Shown one piece after another: positions 58,527 through 59,764 of a stretch of 59,764 nt of DNA. The position numbers were made by a program, and so were the translations under genes. The stretch is from a virus (taxonomy: Duplodnaviria > Caudoviricetes): positions 1 to 59,764 of the IMG/VR virus record IMGVR_UViG_3300028008_001583; one strand, written 5' to 3'. The notes beneath the pieces were generated by a model, which was not told where the DNA came from, made no database searches, and worked only from the letters and a program-made list of their open reading frames with translations. Positions within the stretch are counted from its first letter, which is position 1, and each line of letters starts with the position of its first letter.

Positions 58527-59516
58527 ATGGCATCATTAGCAGAAATCCGAGCAAAGCTCAAAGAACAAGAGAACCGCACTTCAGGTGGTTCAAATGGCCC
58601 AAGCGGTCCAAACCCAATTTACCCATTTTGGAATATGAAAGAAGGCGAGAGTTCAACTCTACGTTTCCTTCCTGACGGTAACGCAGACAACACATTCTTC
58701 TGGGCAGAACGTTTGATGATCAAACTTCCGTTCGCAGGAGTCAAAGGCGAAACCGATTCACGTCCAGTACAGGTACAAATTCCATGTATGGAAATGTACG
58801 GCGAGACATGTAATATTCTTAACGAAGTCCGTGGCTGGTTTAAAGACGCAAGTTTAGAAGACATGGGTCGTAAGTATTGGAAGAAGCGTTCATACGTATT
58901 CCAAGGCTTTGTTACAGATAATCCACTTGCTGACGATCAAGCACCAGACAATCCAGTTAGACGTTTTATTATTGGTCCACAGATCTTCCAGATCATTAAG
59001 CAGGCACTTATGGATCCTGACATGGAAGAGTTGCCAACAGATTATACTGCTGGTGTAGACTTCCGTCTTAATAAAAGTTCAAAAGGAGGTTACGCAGACT
59101 ATTCAACATCAAACTGGGCACGTAGAGATCGTCCACTTAGTGATGAAGAAATGAATGCAGTAAACACACACGGATTGTTTAATCTAACAGACTTCCTTCC
59201 AAAGAAGCCAGACGAGACTGCACAGAAAGTAATGCATGAAATGTTTGAAGCGTCAGTAGACGGTGAAGCATATGATGCAGATCGTTGGAGTCAATATTTC
59301 CGTCCTGCAGGAATGCAAGCACGTACAGGAGATCCACAAGTAGCGGCATCTCCACAAGCAACTGCTGTAAGCCAGAGTGCTCCAGTAGCAGAAACACCTA
59401 CTCCAGTAGCAGAAACACCTACACCTACACCTGCTCCAGAAGCGGCTCCAGAGGCTGCAAGCGGCGGCGATGCAAACGACATTCTAGCAATGATCAGAGC
59501 ACGTCAAGGACAGTAA
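58527..59516 (+). CDS. gp32: Single-stranded DNA-binding protein, T4 gp32-like
   Basis: LRFLPD, C.E.YG..C, GVDFRL, YADY..S.W; precedes uvsX. Confidence 0.85.
   Translation: MASLAEIRAKLKEQENRTSGGSNGPSGPNPIYPFWNMKEGESSTLRFLPDGNADNTFFWAERLMIKLPFAGVKGETDSRPVQVQIPCMEMYGETCNILNEVRGWFKDASLEDMGRKYWKKRSYVFQGFVTDNPLADDQAPDNPVRRFIIGPQIFQIIKQALMDPDMEELPTDYTAGVDFRLNKSSKGGYADYSTSNWARRDRPLSDEEMNAVNTHGLFNLTDFLPKKPDETAQKVMHEMFEASVDGEAYDADRWSQYFRPAGMQARTGDPQVAASPQATAVSQSAPVAETPTPVAETPTPTPAPEAAPEAASGGDANDILAMIRARQGQ
59380..59421 (+). repeat. 21-bp tandem duplication (PVAETPT x2) in the gp32 linker
   Basis: ctccagtagcagaaacaccta occurs twice in tandem. Confidence 0.9.
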
Positions 59517-59523
59517 TAACTAT

Positions 59524-59539
59524 GGGGGAGAAATCCCCC
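59524..59539 (+). terminator. GNRA-capped stem-loop after gp32
   Basis: GGGGGA-gaaa-TCCCCC; weak U tail. Confidence 0.55.
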
Positions 59540-59562
59540 GTACATTTAATTTAGGAGATATT

Positions 59563-59764
59563 ATGGCTAATAAAGCTTTTGATCCGACTAAGTTTCGGAC
59601 GGCACTAACAAAATCTATTTCAGGAATGAGTGCAGGATTTAATGATCCTACTGACTGGATTAGTACAGGCAACTTTGCACTCAACTATCTTATCAGCGGT
59701 GACTTCCATAGAGGTGTTCCAATGGGTAAGGTTACAGTTTTTGCAGGAGAGTCTGGTGCAGGTA
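59563..59764 (+). CDS. uvsX: RecA-like recombinase, 5' part (runs off the window)
   Basis: Own translation: WISTGNFALNYLISGDF..GVPMGKVTVFAGESGAG (Walker A start); SD AGGAG. Confidence 0.9.
   Translation, partial: MANKAFDPTKFRTALTKSISGMSAGFNDPTDWISTGNFALNYLISGDFHRGVPMGKVTVFAGESGAG

Noticed and set aside
59380-59430. Functional significance of the 21-bp tandem repeat
   Set aside because: Simple slippage in a low-complexity Pro/Ala/Thr linker
1-59764. Stop-codon reassignment, selenocysteine, tRNA genes, CRISPR arrays
   Set aside because: Core genes are full length in the standard code, TAA/TAG/TGA all act as stops, and no cloverleaf or repeat-spacer pattern was seen

Overview
A 59.8-kb AT-rich segment of a large T4-like myovirus genome covering virion morphogenesis; the Prx5 gene hints at an alphaproteobacterial host, but this is inference. 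From left to right it holds a peroxiredoxin, a GT25 glycosyltransferase, an independently transcribed ~210-nt structured ncRNA, and a ~33-kb block of tail-fibre/baseplate-type genes. That block includes two ~9% Cys Gly-rich adhesin-like proteins and is interrupted by a 2OG-oxygenase/GT9-like/carbamoyltransferase/methyltransferase/SGNH cluster. Next come a minus-strand ADP-heptose operon (hldE, 2OG oxygenase, hldD, cupin, gmhB) with a Nudix gene, then gp15, gp14, gp13, dNMP kinase, HNH, gp18, gp19, gp4, gp16, internal-head-like proteins, a radical SAM cassette, gp17, an 877-aa modular protein, gp32 and the 5' end of uvsX. The most notable candidates are: (1) a phage-encoded heptose synthesis/transfer/tailoring system, with a cupin possibly replacing GmhA; (2) the ncRNA, which has an anti-Shine-Dalgarno loop; (3) a set of apparently leaderless late genes; (4) a 15-bp inverted-repeat translational switch overlapping a sigma70 promoter; (5) two structured late 5' leaders; and (6) a putative protease-processed internal polyprotein. 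All calls were made by eye from motifs, with no searches run. I found no tRNA, CRISPR array, intron or recoding.
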